Below are positions 17,139-27,032 of a DNA stretch of 51,383 nucleotides, piece after piece; position 1 is the stretch's first letter; each line of letters opens with the position of its first letter. A program made the position numbers and the translations under genes. The stretch is from Pirellulales bacterium (GTDB lineage: Bacteria > Planctomycetota > Planctomycetia > Pirellulales > JAICIG01): contig JBBDYJ010000034.1 in the NCBI GenBank assembly GCA_040901675.1, forward strand, positions 48,094 through 99,476, given 5' to 3'. The notes under the pieces are model-generated. The model searched no databases and was not told the origin of the DNA. It saw only the letters and a list, made by a program, of their open reading frames with translations.

Positions 17139-18946
17139 TTTGCCACCTCGCGGACTTTGAAGCAGAGCATGCCGATGATCAGCACCGGCAGCAGATAGCC
17201 CAGGCCCGTCGTCAGGTGGGCGCTGAGCAGGTTCAGCGGAATGTCAAAACCATGCGCCACGTAATCCACGTCGCTCATCCGTGGGAAGTTGGGCAACAGG
17301 TGCGAGATGACGAACAGCGGGATGCGTCCCACCTCGTCCAGCCAGGTGGCGGCGGTGTTGGTGAGCGTGGAATCGAGAGGGAGCATCACGTTCTCCTGCC
17401 GCACGATCCGAATCAACGATTCGAACGTGCCACCGCCTAAGACCTGGTTGGCAGCCAGATCCTGCATGAAATCGGCAAAGAAGCCGCCGATCAACGTGGC
17501 CAGGCTGGCCAGCAGAGCCACGGGCCCGTTGAGGAAGGTGCTCCAAACCACGCCGATCGTGGTGAGCAGCACCATCTGCAGCCAGATGCTCACATAGCCC
17601 TTGACGTAGTTGGCCCAGAACATTCCCTCGCGCGGCAGCAGGTAGAGGTCTGGCTGCGCCATGCCGAAGAACTGGGCCCGCTCCAGGCACTTGAGCTGGA
17701 TTTCCAATTCGCCGTCGGCCACCAGGTCTTTGAACAAGTCGACGGAGCGGCCCGTATCGTCCTGAAACTTCAGAGGAATCACGTGCTGGTCGATCGAATA
17801 CTCTTTGGCCAGGAACGTGCGAAAGATGCTGGATAGCTTGGGATTGCGGGGGTTGACCAGCGTGATGCTGCCCAGAATGCCCTTGTCGATCTCGCCCTTG
17901 TAGGTCCGGTATACCCGGATCGTCATCTCGATGGGCACGCCGTTGGGATAGTCGGCCGGATGGATGCCCGAGAACCTCCAGATCGCCGCGGCGGGCGTGG
18001 CGCCTTCCACGTAACTGCGGTAGGAGCGCTCGTGGCCTACGTTCAAGCCTTCCCGCGCTGGGTTGCCGTCGCGGTTCCTGAACTGCAGTTTGCCGTACAC
18101 CGGCACGCGAGCATGGAAATGACCCTCCGGAGGCCCGACGCGGTAGGCGCCATCGCCCGTCATGCTGACTCGGTGCCAATGGTCCTGCTCGGTTTCCGTC
18201 AATCCATTGCCTTGCTCATCAATCGTCACGTCATGCCGGTGGTCGTGCGCCGAACGGATCCGCCCCTGCTTGCCCCCCGCCGAAGCGTCCTGCGATGACC
18301 CCGCCAGCGGCTGCAGGTCTTCCGCAAGCAGCATATGCTGGTGGTCCAGGCTGCGAATCACGAACACGTAGCTGCCCACGCCCATCAAAGCCAGCAAAAC
18401 AGTTCCGATCGCCGAAAAGCCCAATACGCGGCCCGCCACGAGCTCGCTGGGACGCACCGGCTTGGTGACGACGGTATAGATGGTGCGGTTCTCAATGTCG
18501 GCCGGCAGGCTGAGGGCGCTGAGCAACAAGGCCATCACCAGCACCAGGTACGTGGTTGCCGTCATCACGAGGCTGATGTACAGCTTGGCCGGATTGGTGA
18601 CGCCGGGTTCGATGAACCAACCGGCGAAGAGCAGAACCACGATGAATACCAGGAAGGCGATGATCACCCGCCGGCGGATGGCTTCACGGACGGCGAGCGA
18701 GGCCAGCGCGAAGACTCGCCGGGGCGAAATCCGCACGATGTCCTGCAGGGCAGAAACCAGCACCTTGTAGATGATGTCGCCCGCCCGGCCGGGTCCGTAA
18801 CGGGCCGCTGTCAAAACAAAGCTGACGACCAGCGCCCCCAGGCCCAATCCAAGGACCGCGGCCAGCCAATAGAACACAGCACCGATCGTGGTGGACGTGC
18901 CCAGCAGCCATTCCAAATAGGGTGCCGGTTGGTTTTCAAGATCCAT
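17135..18946 (-). CDS. ABC-2 type permease with a large extracytoplasmic domain
   Basis: Multiple TM segments; LPADIENRTIYTVVTKPV motif. Confidence 0.85.
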   Translation of the reverse strand: MDLENQPAPYLEWLLGTSTTIGAVFYWLAAVLGLGLGALVVSFVLTAARYGPGRAGDIIYKVLVSALQDIVRISPRRVFALASLAVREAIRRRVIIAFLVFIVVLLFAGWFIEPGVTNPAKLYISLVMTATTYLVLVMALLLSALSLPADIENRTIYTVVTKPVRPSELVAGRVLGFSAIGTVLLALMGVGSYVFVIRSLDHQHMLLAEDLQPLAGSSQDASAGGKQGRIRSAHDHRHDVTIDEQGNGLTETEQDHWHRVSMTGDGAYRVGPPEGHFHARVPVYGKLQFRNRDGNPAREGLNVGHERSYRSYVEGATPAAAIWRFSGIHPADYPNGVPIEMTIRVYRTYKGEIDKGILGSITLVNPRNPKLSSIFRTFLAKEYSIDQHVIPLKFQDDTGRSVDLFKDLVADGELEIQLKCLERAQFFGMAQPDLYLLPREGMFWANYVKGYVSIWLQMVLLTTIGVVWSTFLNGPVALLASLATLIGGFFADFMQDLAANQVLGGGTFESLIRIVRQENVMLPLDSTLTNTAATWLDEVGRIPLFVISHLLPNFPRMSDVDYVAHGFDIPLNLLSAHLTTGLGYLLPVLIIGMLCFKVREVAK

Positions 18947-19035
18947 GGCGAAACGCTGACTTCAAAATGTCAAAATAAACGTCGACCATCGTGCCACCGC
19001 CCCGCCAGCCGGCCGCAGGCCTCAATGGAGCCGGT

Positions 19036-19962
19036 TCAGCTCTCCTGCGCCCGGCGACCCGGCCGCGCCTCGCTGTCCTGGACGATCTTCAGGAACAGCT
19101 CTTCCAGCGTGGTGGTCGGATTGTCCATCGTCAACAACTTGCCCTGATGACGCTCGATCACCGAGCGGATTTCTTCCTTGGCTGCCTCGCTCAACCCCGA
19201 GGCCCTGATCTGAGTCTCCTGCTGGATCTTGAGCAGGCTGTCGACGCGGCCCAGCTCTTTGAGCTCGCCCTGGTGCAGAATGGCGATGCGATCGCACACG
19301 TCCTGCACGTCGGCCAGCAGGTGGCTGCACATCAGCACCGTCTTACCCCGCGAGCGAAGATCGACGATCAGGTCTTTCATCTCCCGGCAGCCGATCGGAT
19401 CAAGCCCCGTGGTCGGCTCGTCGAGCACGATCAGCTCGGGATCGTTGATCAGCGCCTGAGCCAGCCCGATGCGACGCGTCATGCCCTTGGAATATTCCTT
19501 GAGCTGCCGCCGCTTGGCGCCCTCCAGGCCCACCATCTTGATCAATTCGGCGGCCCGCTGCCGGCGGACAGAGGCCGGCATATCGAACAAGCGGCCATAG
19601 AAATCCAACGTCTCCTCCGCGTTGAGGAAACGGTACAGGTACGACTCTTCCGGCAGATAGCCGATCCGCTCGTTCTTGGTGACGTCGGAGGCCTCCTTTC
19701 CGAAGACGAGTGCCTGCCCGCTGCTGGGGAATAACAGCCCCAGCAGGAGTTTAATCGTGGTGGTCTTGCCCGACCCGTTCGGCCCCAACAAGCCGAAAAT
19801 CTCGCCGCGGCGGATTTCCAGATCCAAGGCCTTCAGGGCCCGCACCTTCTGCCGCCCCCAGAAATCGCGGTAGACCTTGGATAGATTGCGGATCTCAATG
19901 ACCACCTCTGGGCGGGTATCGGCCTGGACGGCTCGCGGTGCCGCCGCGACGACAGACTGCAT
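19036..19962 (-). CDS. ABC transporter ATP-binding protein (start uncertain)
   Basis: [26 protein letters not shown]. Confidence 0.92.
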   Translation of the reverse strand: MQSVVAAAPRAVQADTRPEVVIEIRNLSKVYRDFWGRQKVRALKALDLEIRRGEIFGLLGPNGSGKTTTIKLLLGLLFPSSGQALVFGKEASDVTKNERIGYLPEESYLYRFLNAEETLDFYGRLFDMPASVRRQRAAELIKMVGLEGAKRRQLKEYSKGMTRRIGLAQALINDPELIVLDEPTTGLDPIGCREMKDLIVDLRSRGKTVLMCSHLLADVQDVCDRIAILHQGELKELGRVDSLLKIQQETQIRASGLSEAAKEEIRSVIERHQGKLLTMDNPTTTLEELFLKIVQDSEARPGRRAQES

Positions 19963-20308
19963 TAGGGGCCTCGTGGTGTGGATGGAAACAAGTGATTTGC
20001 CGGCGCGGGACCCCGCAGGAATGCTTCCTCTACGCAGCTTCCAGTCCCGGAGTTCATCCGCTCCTGGAGTTCGTCGGGCCGGCGGAGAAAGCTCCACGGC
20101 CTCGGCACGCGCCCCCTTCACGGCCTGTTCACTATAAAAGCCTTGGCCGGGCGTTTCAAGCGGCGGATTGCGGGGCAAAGGCCGGCATGCCTTTGACGGA
20201 CCGCTTCGATCCGGCTATGATGCGAAGCTCCACCTGCCCGGCGGAGCAGACCATGGAGCCATGGTTGTTTGTACCGGGTGGACCGACCGCACCGACAGGC
20301 GAAGTTCG

Positions 20309-20557
20309 ATGGCCAAGAAGCGTTCGAAGCTGACCACGCGCAGCAAGAAAAAGGATCCGGTTTTTGTCGACGGCAAGCGTCCGCGCCCAATGTACGTCGA
20401 TTACAAGGATTTGGAGCTGCTGAGCAAGCTGACCAGCCGGCAGGGCAAGTTGATCGGCCGCCGCAAGAGCGGCTGCACGGCCGCCAGCCAGCACGCCGTC
20501 TCGAAGGCCGTCAAGCGTGCCCGCTTCATGGCACTGCTGCCTTACGTGGCCGACTGA
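20309..20557 (+). CDS. rpsR: 30S ribosomal protein S18
   Basis: VDYKD, GKLIGRRKSG, AVKRARFMALLPYV. Confidence 0.95.
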   Translation: MAKKRSKLTTRSKKKDPVFVDGKRPRPMYVDYKDLELLSKLTSRQGKLIGRRKSGCTAASQHAVSKAVKRARFMALLPYVAD

Positions 20558-20774
20558 CACGGAAGCGGGCTCTAGTCCGCCTGGCATCTCGATAGCCCGC
20601 GCTGGTCGGACCGTTCGTTAGTGCGTTGATCGCTTCTCGCTTCGCTGCGCTGGATTCCTGGTCTTCAGGCCGAAGCGTTCCGCCCCTCGTCAAGGGGTAG
20701 TCCGCGCCGACCCCGCCCATAATCGGCGGGTCGCCCCGCAAGAAAAATTCTATGGACTTGGGGCTCCGGGATCA

Positions 20775-20802
20775 TTGACATGCGTATGGCGCGGGGTACA
20801 AT
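20775..20802 (+). promoter_or_regulatory. Sigma70-type promoter
   Basis: TTGACA-16 bp-TACAAT upstream of the DUF1559 gene. Confidence 0.6.
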
Positions 20803-20816
20803 CCGGTCCTAGGTGA

Positions 20817-20831
20817 TACTGAGTCTCAGTA
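20817..20831. promoter_or_regulatory. Perfect 7-1-7 inverted repeat, candidate Fur-family operator
   Basis: TACTGAG-T-CTCAGTA just downstream of the -10 box. Confidence 0.5.
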
Positions 20832-20876
20832 AAGACTTGGACAGGCCCTTAGTACCCGCAAAAGGAGAATCGTCTC

Positions 20877-21986
20877 ATGTGCGACACGCGATCCACGCGC
20901 CCGCTCCCCGTAAAGCAGGGCTTCACTCTCATCGAGTTGCTCGTGGTCATCATTATCATCGGCCTGCTCATGGCACTGCTCTTGCCAGGCGTCAATGCCG
21001 CACGCGAGGCGGCCCGGCGAGCGAGCTGCCAGAACAATCTGAAACAGATCAGCTTGGCACTCCACAACCACGAGGCGGCCAAGAAGGTCTACCCCCCAAG
21101 CTGGAAGCAGACCCTGCCCGTCTCGTCCACCGCGGTAAATATCGACGGCTGGTCCACCTTTGCCCTGTTGCTCCCCTACCTCGAACAGAAGATCACCCAT
21201 TCGCTCATCGACTTCGACCAGAGCTACAACCTGGCGATTCCCGTTGTCACGGCCGATGGCCAGACGACGCAACTCAGTGCCATGCGGACACCCACCTACC
21301 TTTGCCCATCGGAAGTGCGGGACGAAGTGAGAATCGAGGCCGGCGCGCCGGTGCACTACCCAATCAATTACGCCGTAAACATGGGCATTTGGTTTGTGTG
21401 GGACCCGGCGGCCGAGACCGGGGGGCCAGGGGCCTTCTATCCTAACAGCAGGCTGACGGCGGGCAGCTTCCCGGATGGGCTGAGCTTCACGCTTGCTGCC
21501 GCCGAGGTCAAGGGCTGGAACCCATACTATCGCAACAAGGGGGAGATCAAAGCGAACCTCGATGCGGTCTGGGACCCGATGATTCACCCGATCTGGCAGC
21601 CCGTCGACCCGGCCGCCGTCTGCACGCTCGCCGGAGACTTCAAGACGTCCAGCGGTCACACGGAGTGGGTGGATGGACGGGCCCACCAGATCGGCTTTAC
21701 CACGCTGTTGCGGCCCAATGAGCGCGTGCTCTGCACCGAGAACTTCGTCGTCTACGACGTGGACTGGAACAATTGGCAGGAAGGCAAGGACTTCGCAGAT
21801 GGCGGAGCGGGCGATCCGCCGACGTACGCGGCCGTCACGGCACGCAGCTATCATGGCGGAATCGTGAACGTGGCCATGATGGACGGCTCCATCCGCTCCA
21901 TTGACGACCAAATCGACATTGGGGTCTGGCGGGCCATATCGACCCGCGACGGGAAGGAACCGCTCCCCGACAACTTCAGCAAATGA
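20877..21986 (+). CDS. DUF1559 protein with prepilin-type cleavage/methylation N-terminus
   Basis: GFTLIELLVVI, AREAARRASCQNNLKQI, H-X9-DG (HGGIVNVAMMDG). Confidence 0.93.
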   Translation: MCDTRSTRPLPVKQGFTLIELLVVIIIIGLLMALLLPGVNAAREAARRASCQNNLKQISLALHNHEAAKKVYPPSWKQTLPVSSTAVNIDGWSTFALLLPYLEQKITHSLIDFDQSYNLAIPVVTADGQTTQLSAMRTPTYLCPSEVRDEVRIEAGAPVHYPINYAVNMGIWFVWDPAAETGGPGAFYPNSRLTAGSFPDGLSFTLAAAEVKGWNPYYRNKGEIKANLDAVWDPMIHPIWQPVDPAAVCTLAGDFKTSSGHTEWVDGRAHQIGFTTLLRPNERVLCTENFVVYDVDWNNWQEGKDFADGGAGDPPTYAAVTARSYHGGIVNVAMMDGSIRSIDDQIDIGVWRAISTRDGKEPLPDNFSK

Positions 21987-22660
21987 GCCACAGGATTATG
22001 GCCCAGGTCGGTTGCTTCTGCCGGCTGACCTGGGCCAGGACCAGGCGAGGCGCAACGGTGGTCTCCAACGAGCGAGTGCTGAACGTCGACGAGGCTGCGC
22101 AGATCATCTACCACACCAGGGCTCCTTCCGCCGAACAGATTGACAAGATTCGTTATAAGCTGGCGCGCGGCGTGTTGAAGAGCAGCTCGAAAGGTCGATG
22201 GACGACTACCACCGGAGCGGTGGCAGACTATCTGTCGCGCCGGACGTTCAAGCAAGGCTACTCTCACCACAAGGTCCAGCAGCGGCAGTTATTCTCCGTG
22301 TACCGCGAGCTGGTGAGGGACTATTGCCGGGCGGTCTTGCTTCGCCGAGCCGGAGCCAAGCGCTCGCGTCTGTTTGAGACGGCCGTCATCGTCGGCCAGG
22401 CCGCTTGCCTTGTCTTCCTGGCCGGCGCACTGCTGCTAGGGCATCGTTCTCTTTTTGCCTCGGTGCCGCCCGAGCAGACCACTGTGGAGCAATGGCTGGA
22501 GGACCATGAGCCCTCGTTCCAGATTGTCGAATGGTTCGCGCCCGCCGAAGACGGCCGATTGCGAGTTAAGTACAAATACGACGGAGGGAAGACGATTCTG
22601 ACCGATCGCACCTTTGTCGTGCGCGGCGGGCAGGTGGTCGAAGTAGAGCAGACCGATTAG
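21983..22660 (+). CDS. Hypothetical: N-terminal HTH-like region, one TM, C-terminal soluble domain (start may be about 22058)
   Basis: LNVDEAAQII...RGVL...W pattern; hydrophobic VIVGQAACLVFLAGALLLG. Confidence 0.65.
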   Translation: MSHRIMAQVGCFCRLTWARTRRGATVVSNERVLNVDEAAQIIYHTRAPSAEQIDKIRYKLARGVLKSSSKGRWTTTTGAVADYLSRRTFKQGYSHHKVQQRQLFSVYRELVRDYCRAVLLRRAGAKRSRLFETAVIVGQAACLVFLAGALLLGHRSLFASVPPEQTTVEQWLEDHEPSFQIVEWFAPAEDGRLRVKYKYDGGKTILTDRTFVVRGGQVVEVEQTD

Positions 22661-22898
22661 ACATGTTTCCCCCTCTTCCTTCCCTCGGCTGCCAAGCAGG
22701 ATTCCGCCAAACCTGCACCGGCCTCTGCTCGGCTGCGAGAAAGGATTTTCAACACCTGCGGAAGTTTTTACAAATTCCGTTGCCCGAATTAGGAGGTGCC
22801 GCCGGCGCCGCCGAGCTTTGGTCGCGTTGCCCAACTCCTTGATCTAAAGGAACTTGCAATACCAGGCCCCCCGCGTTTTTGTCGCTGAAGAAGCCTTC

Positions 22899-22914
22899 TG
22901 GCACGCCAAGTGCT
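22899..22914 (+). promoter_or_regulatory. Putative sigma54 (-24/-12) promoter
   Basis: TGGCAC-N5-GTGCT with correct GG/GC spacing. Confidence 0.5.
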
Positions 22915-22978
22915 TTAGCCCCGTCGAGCACCGAAGAAGGCATGAAGAAGGCATTGGGTCCATCACCGGGGGTTGCTG

Positions 22979-23185
22979 ATGAACCGGCGAGCAAGGCTGA
23001 TGTGGATGAAAGACATCCTGGAACACATGACCGAGTGCCATCGCGAATGGCAAACCGCCGATGGCCGCGTGGAGCAGTACCTGGCGGACTCCATCCAGCG
23101 CGACCTGGACGAAGTACGCCGGCTGTGCCAGTCGTTGCGGAGCGACCTGTCCGCCGGCGAACGGCACGGAGTTTGCGCCGCCTGA
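22979..23185 (+). CDS. Small helical hypothetical protein
   Basis: 68 codons, amphipathic, GC-rich third positions; promoter-like site upstream. Confidence 0.6.
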   Translation: MNRRARLMWMKDILEHMTECHREWQTADGRVEQYLADSIQRDLDEVRRLCQSLRSDLSAGERHGVCAA

Positions 23186-23332
23186 ATCACTCCCCACGTC
23201 CCACCAACTGTCCCGCATCCCAAGGGCCGGAAAGAGTCTCCCGCACTCTCTCCGGCCCTCACTCTTGCGCCTTGGCGCGCCGGACGCCCACTAGTCGGCG
23301 GCCCCAGGCCGTTGGTACAACGAGTGTTCTTT

Positions 23333-24820
23333 ATGGAGCACTCCGACACACCACCGCTGGACGATGCTCTCACCCGCCGCGAGCGTGATCGGGCGCTGGA
23401 CTTCCTGTATTCCCGCATCGACTATGAACGATCGGTGAATATTCCCTACGGCGAGCGGGAGTTCAAGCTCGATCGCATGCGTGCCTTGCTGGCCCGCCTG
23501 GGCAATCCACAGTCGGGCCTGAAGGTGGTGCACGTCGCCGGAACCAAGGGAAAAGGATCGGCCTCGGCCATGCTGGCCGCCGTGCTGACGGCGGCGGGAT
23601 ACCGCACCGGCCTGTATAGCTCGCCGCACCTGGAGCGATTGGAGGAGCGGCTGGCGGTGGACGGCCAGCCGTGCCCGGGCGTCGAGTTGGTGAAGCTGGT
23701 CGACGAGCTGCGGCCGATCGCGGCCGGCTTGGACCGCCAAGGCGCCGCATCGTGGCCCCCCGAATCCGGTCCAACGTACTTCGAGCTCACCACGGCCATG
23801 GCGCTGGTGCACTTTGCCCGCCGGCGGGTGGACGCAGCGGTGCTCGAGGTGGGCCTGGGCGGGAGGCTCGATTCGACCAATGTTTGCCAGCCGTGCGTAT
23901 CGGTCATCACCAGCATCAGCTTGGACCACATGAAACAACTGGGCGACACGTTAGTGGAGATAGCCCGGGAGAAGGCCGGCATCATCAAGCCGGGTGTGCC
24001 GGTGGTCAGCGGCGTCATGGACGAGGCGCCGCGGGGAGCGATCGAGGAAGTGTGCCGTCGGCAGGGCAGCCGGCTGATCCAAGCGGGGCGCGATTTTGCC
24101 TTCAGCTATCGTCCACCCCTGCACCTGGAGCGCGGGCCCGGCCAGGGAAGCTTGGATTACCAGAGTCCGCGGTGCCGCTACGACGACCTGCGGATGGCGC
24201 TTTTGGGCCGCCACCAGGCGTCGAACGCCGCCGCCGGCCTGGCGGTTCTGGAAGAGCTCGAGCGGCAGGGATTCCTCCTGCCGGAAGAGGCGATTCGAAG
24301 CGGCCTGGCGGAAGTGCGCTGGCCGGCACGGGTCGAGGTGGTTGGCCGCCGGCCGACGATCGTCGTCGACGCGGCGCACAACGTGGCGTCGATCGAGGCC
24401 TTGCTGGCCACGCTCGACGAGAGCTTTTCGGCCTGCCGCCGGGTGCTGGTATTTGCGACCACGCAGGAGAAGCAGGTGGCCGAGATGCTGGCGCTGTTGC
24501 TGCCGCGGTTCGACCGCGTCGTTTTCACGCGCTACCAGAACAATCCCCGCGCTTTCCCACCCGACGAGCTTGTCCGCCTGGCGGGCGGATTGACCGGAAG
24601 GCCTGTCCATGTTTGCCCCGACCCGGCGTCCGCCTGGGACGAAGTCCACCGGACAGCGGGGGTGGACGACCTGGTCTGCATCACCGGGTCGTTTTTCATC
24701 GCGTCGGAAATGCGCCGCCAGCTCGAGCGCCGGCCCCTCGGCCCACCGCCGCTGGCCGCCCTCGCGCCCGCCTCCACGAAGGCACTACCGCGCGATATGC
24801 AGCACCTACCAGGGTGCTGA
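23333..24820 (+). CDS. folC: Folylpolyglutamate synthase/dihydrofolate synthase
   Basis: HVAGTKGKGS, SSPHL, EVGLGGRLDSTNV, EKAGIIK, DAAHN, TGSF. Confidence 0.95.
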   Translation: MEHSDTPPLDDALTRRERDRALDFLYSRIDYERSVNIPYGEREFKLDRMRALLARLGNPQSGLKVVHVAGTKGKGSASAMLAAVLTAAGYRTGLYSSPHLERLEERLAVDGQPCPGVELVKLVDELRPIAAGLDRQGAASWPPESGPTYFELTTAMALVHFARRRVDAAVLEVGLGGRLDSTNVCQPCVSVITSISLDHMKQLGDTLVEIAREKAGIIKPGVPVVSGVMDEAPRGAIEEVCRRQGSRLIQAGRDFAFSYRPPLHLERGPGQGSLDYQSPRCRYDDLRMALLGRHQASNAAAGLAVLEELERQGFLLPEEAIRSGLAEVRWPARVEVVGRRPTIVVDAAHNVASIEALLATLDESFSACRRVLVFATTQEKQVAEMLALLLPRFDRVVFTRYQNNPRAFPPDELVRLAGGLTGRPVHVCPDPASAWDEVHRTAGVDDLVCITGSFFIASEMRRQLERRPLGPPPLAALAPASTKALPRDMQHLPGC

Positions 24821-25075
24821 CTGCCGTTGGAAAACAGTGCGGCCATCGACGACGGATGTTGTGAGATGACCGGCCTCGACCAGATAATTCAAAACTCGGT
24901 ACACGCTGACCCGAGAAACCTGCCGGTCCTTGACTCGATCGAAGATATCATCGGCCGTGAAACCTGCCTCGCTGGCAGTTGTGGCCCGGTAGATCAGCTC
25001 GTGCGACTCGGTAACCCGCCGCTTGCGCTGCAGCAGGAACTGCCTGAAGGCCTCGAAACCATCTTGGGCGATCAT
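24806..25075 (-). CDS. Fur-like winged-helix DNA-binding domain only (89 aa)
   Basis: RVT...I, FTADDIF, VSRVSVYRVLNYLVEAG; no C-terminal dimerization/CxxC domain. Confidence 0.6.
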   Translation of the reverse strand: MIAQDGFEAFRQFLLQRKRRVTESHELIYRATTASEAGFTADDIFDRVKDRQVSRVSVYRVLNYLVEAGHLTTSVVDGRTVFQRQSAPW

Positions 25076-25273
25076 GGCCACCGCTTTCCGCCGTGCGAAT
25101 CGTGCCGCCGGCATTCTAGCATTCCCGCCTGGGAAGGAACTATCCAGGACAACGGCGGACTGCCAACCTTGAAGGGCGTGCGGAGGGCCGATATAGTGAG
25201 GAGTCCAGATGGGACCAACCAAGCAGAATAGGGTGGCGCGCCGCCGCCGCTTAAGGGAATCGGGAGATCGACC

Positions 25274-25513
25274 ATGACCATGGATAAGAGCCTGCAGATC
25301 AGGGCGGGGCTGGTGCGCTCCCGGAGCGTGCTGACGCGGGGCGAACGCATCGCCAGACTGCAGGCTTCGGATCGCTGGCAGGAGGCGCAGAGCCCGATGG
25401 GACTGCCCAAAGTCCGCGTCTACAAGCTCTCGATCAAGAAAAAGAAGAAACGCAAGGAAGAGGAAGAAGGCGAAGGAGCTGCCGCCGCACCGGCCGAAAC
25501 ACCCAAGAAATAG
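25274..25513 (+). CDS. PVC-superphylum small basic protein
   Basis: MTMDKSL...RSVLTRGERI...GLPKVRV plus Lys-rich tail. Confidence 0.85.
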   Translation: MTMDKSLQIRAGLVRSRSVLTRGERIARLQASDRWQEAQSPMGLPKVRVYKLSIKKKKKRKEEEEGEGAAAAPAETPKK

Positions 25514-25522
25514 TGGCGCGGC

Positions 25523-26812
25523 ATGCGGGTACACCTCGAATACGGCCGCACGGGGCTAGAAGTCGAATTGCCCGACGATCGGGCCGTCCGCACGCTGGCC
25601 TACAAAAACGCCGTCCCATTGGCCGACCCGCGAGCCGACCTGCTCGAGCGGCTCGAACGGCCAACCGGCACGCCGCCACTGGCCGAACTGGCGCGCGGAC
25701 GAAAAGACGCCTGCGTGGTGGTCTGCGACATCACCCGCCCCGTGCCCAACCAGTTGATCCTCACGCCGCTGTTGGCCACGCTCGAGGCCGCCGGCGTGCC
25801 GCGCGGTAAGATCACCATCCTGGTCGCCACCGGCCTGCACCGCCCCAACGAACGCGACGAGCTGGTCGAAATGGTCGGCCGCGAGATCTTCGAGGGCTAC
25901 CGGATCGAAAACCATCATGGCAAATTGCTGGACGAGCACGCTTACTTGGGCGAGAGCCCGCGAGGCGTGCCGATCTGGATCGACCGCCGCTACGTCGAGG
26001 CCGACCTCAAGATCACCACCGGCCTCATCGAGCCCCACCTGATGGCCGGCTTCTCAGGAGGGCGCAAGCTGATCTGCCCGGGCCTGGCGGCGCTGGAGAC
26101 GGTCAAGGTCTGGCACGGCCCTGATTTCCTCGAACATCCCAAGGCCGACTGCGGCATCCTGGAAGACAACCCGGTTCACGAAGAGAACACCTGGATCGGC
26201 CGGCACGCCGGGTGCGACTTCATCGTCAACGTGGTGATCGACGACCAGCGGCGGCCGCTCTCGTTTGTGGCCGGCGACATGGAACAGGCCTTCATGGAAG
26301 GGGTCGAGTTCGTCCGCGACGTGGTCACCGACACGGTTGCCGAGCCGGTGGACGTGGTGGTGACCTGCTCGGCCGGCTACCCGCTGGACACTACCTTCTA
26401 CCAGGCGGTCAAGGGGCTCACCGGCGCGCTGCCGGTCGTCAAGCAGGGTGGCACGATCATCATGGCCGCCAGCCTCTCGGAGGGGATCGGCAGCCCCGAG
26501 TTCCAGCGGCTGTTCGCCGAGAACGCCAGCCTGGAAGAGTTTGTCGAGCGGATCCTGGGCAAGGATTATTTCGTGATGGACCAATGGCAGCTCGAAGAGC
26601 TGGCCAAGGTCCGCCGCAAGGCCCGCGTCAAGGTGGTCAGCGACGGCCTCGCGCCCGCCACGCTCAACAGCCTGTTTGTCGAGAGCGCGCCGACGGTTGA
26701 GGCGGCCGTGGCCGAGTCGCTGGCCGAGTATGGCCCGGATGCCACGCTGGCGGTGATTCCCAAGGGGCCGTACGTGCTGGCGCAGGCAGGAAGCGAAGGG
26801 GGAACCCGGTGA
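25523..26812 (+). CDS. larA: LarA-family nickel-pincer racemase/epimerase
   Basis: [44 protein letters not shown]. Confidence 0.85.
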   Translation: MRVHLEYGRTGLEVELPDDRAVRTLAYKNAVPLADPRADLLERLERPTGTPPLAELARGRKDACVVVCDITRPVPNQLILTPLLATLEAAGVPRGKITILVATGLHRPNERDELVEMVGREIFEGYRIENHHGKLLDEHAYLGESPRGVPIWIDRRYVEADLKITTGLIEPHLMAGFSGGRKLICPGLAALETVKVWHGPDFLEHPKADCGILEDNPVHEENTWIGRHAGCDFIVNVVIDDQRRPLSFVAGDMEQAFMEGVEFVRDVVTDTVAEPVDVVVTCSAGYPLDTTFYQAVKGLTGALPVVKQGGTIIMAASLSEGIGSPEFQRLFAENASLEEFVERILGKDYFVMDQWQLEELAKVRRKARVKVVSDGLAPATLNSLFVESAPTVEAAVAESLAEYGPDATLAVIPKGPYVLAQAGSEGGTR

Positions 26813-26950
26813 GGCGATGAGGCGCGGGGGCGATGAGGCGAGATGACGAACGCGCGGCCGAATCGAAGGCGAGGCGAACGAAGACTGGGGCATGCTACGA
26901 CTCGACTGAGCTCGCCGAAGTCCGCTTTGCCGCCAGCCACCCCGCAACAC

Positions 26951-26974
26951 CCGCGTTCTGGCGAACGCGGCTAC
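26951..26974 (-). repeat. GTAG-type REP-like palindrome
   Basis: GTAG-CCGCGTTC-GCCA-GAACGCGG between convergent genes. Confidence 0.55.
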
Positions 26975-27032
26975 AGAAGGGTCAAGGGGGCCGCCTTCTC
27001 TGATTCCTCCTTCCTCCTTCCTCCTTCTGCCT

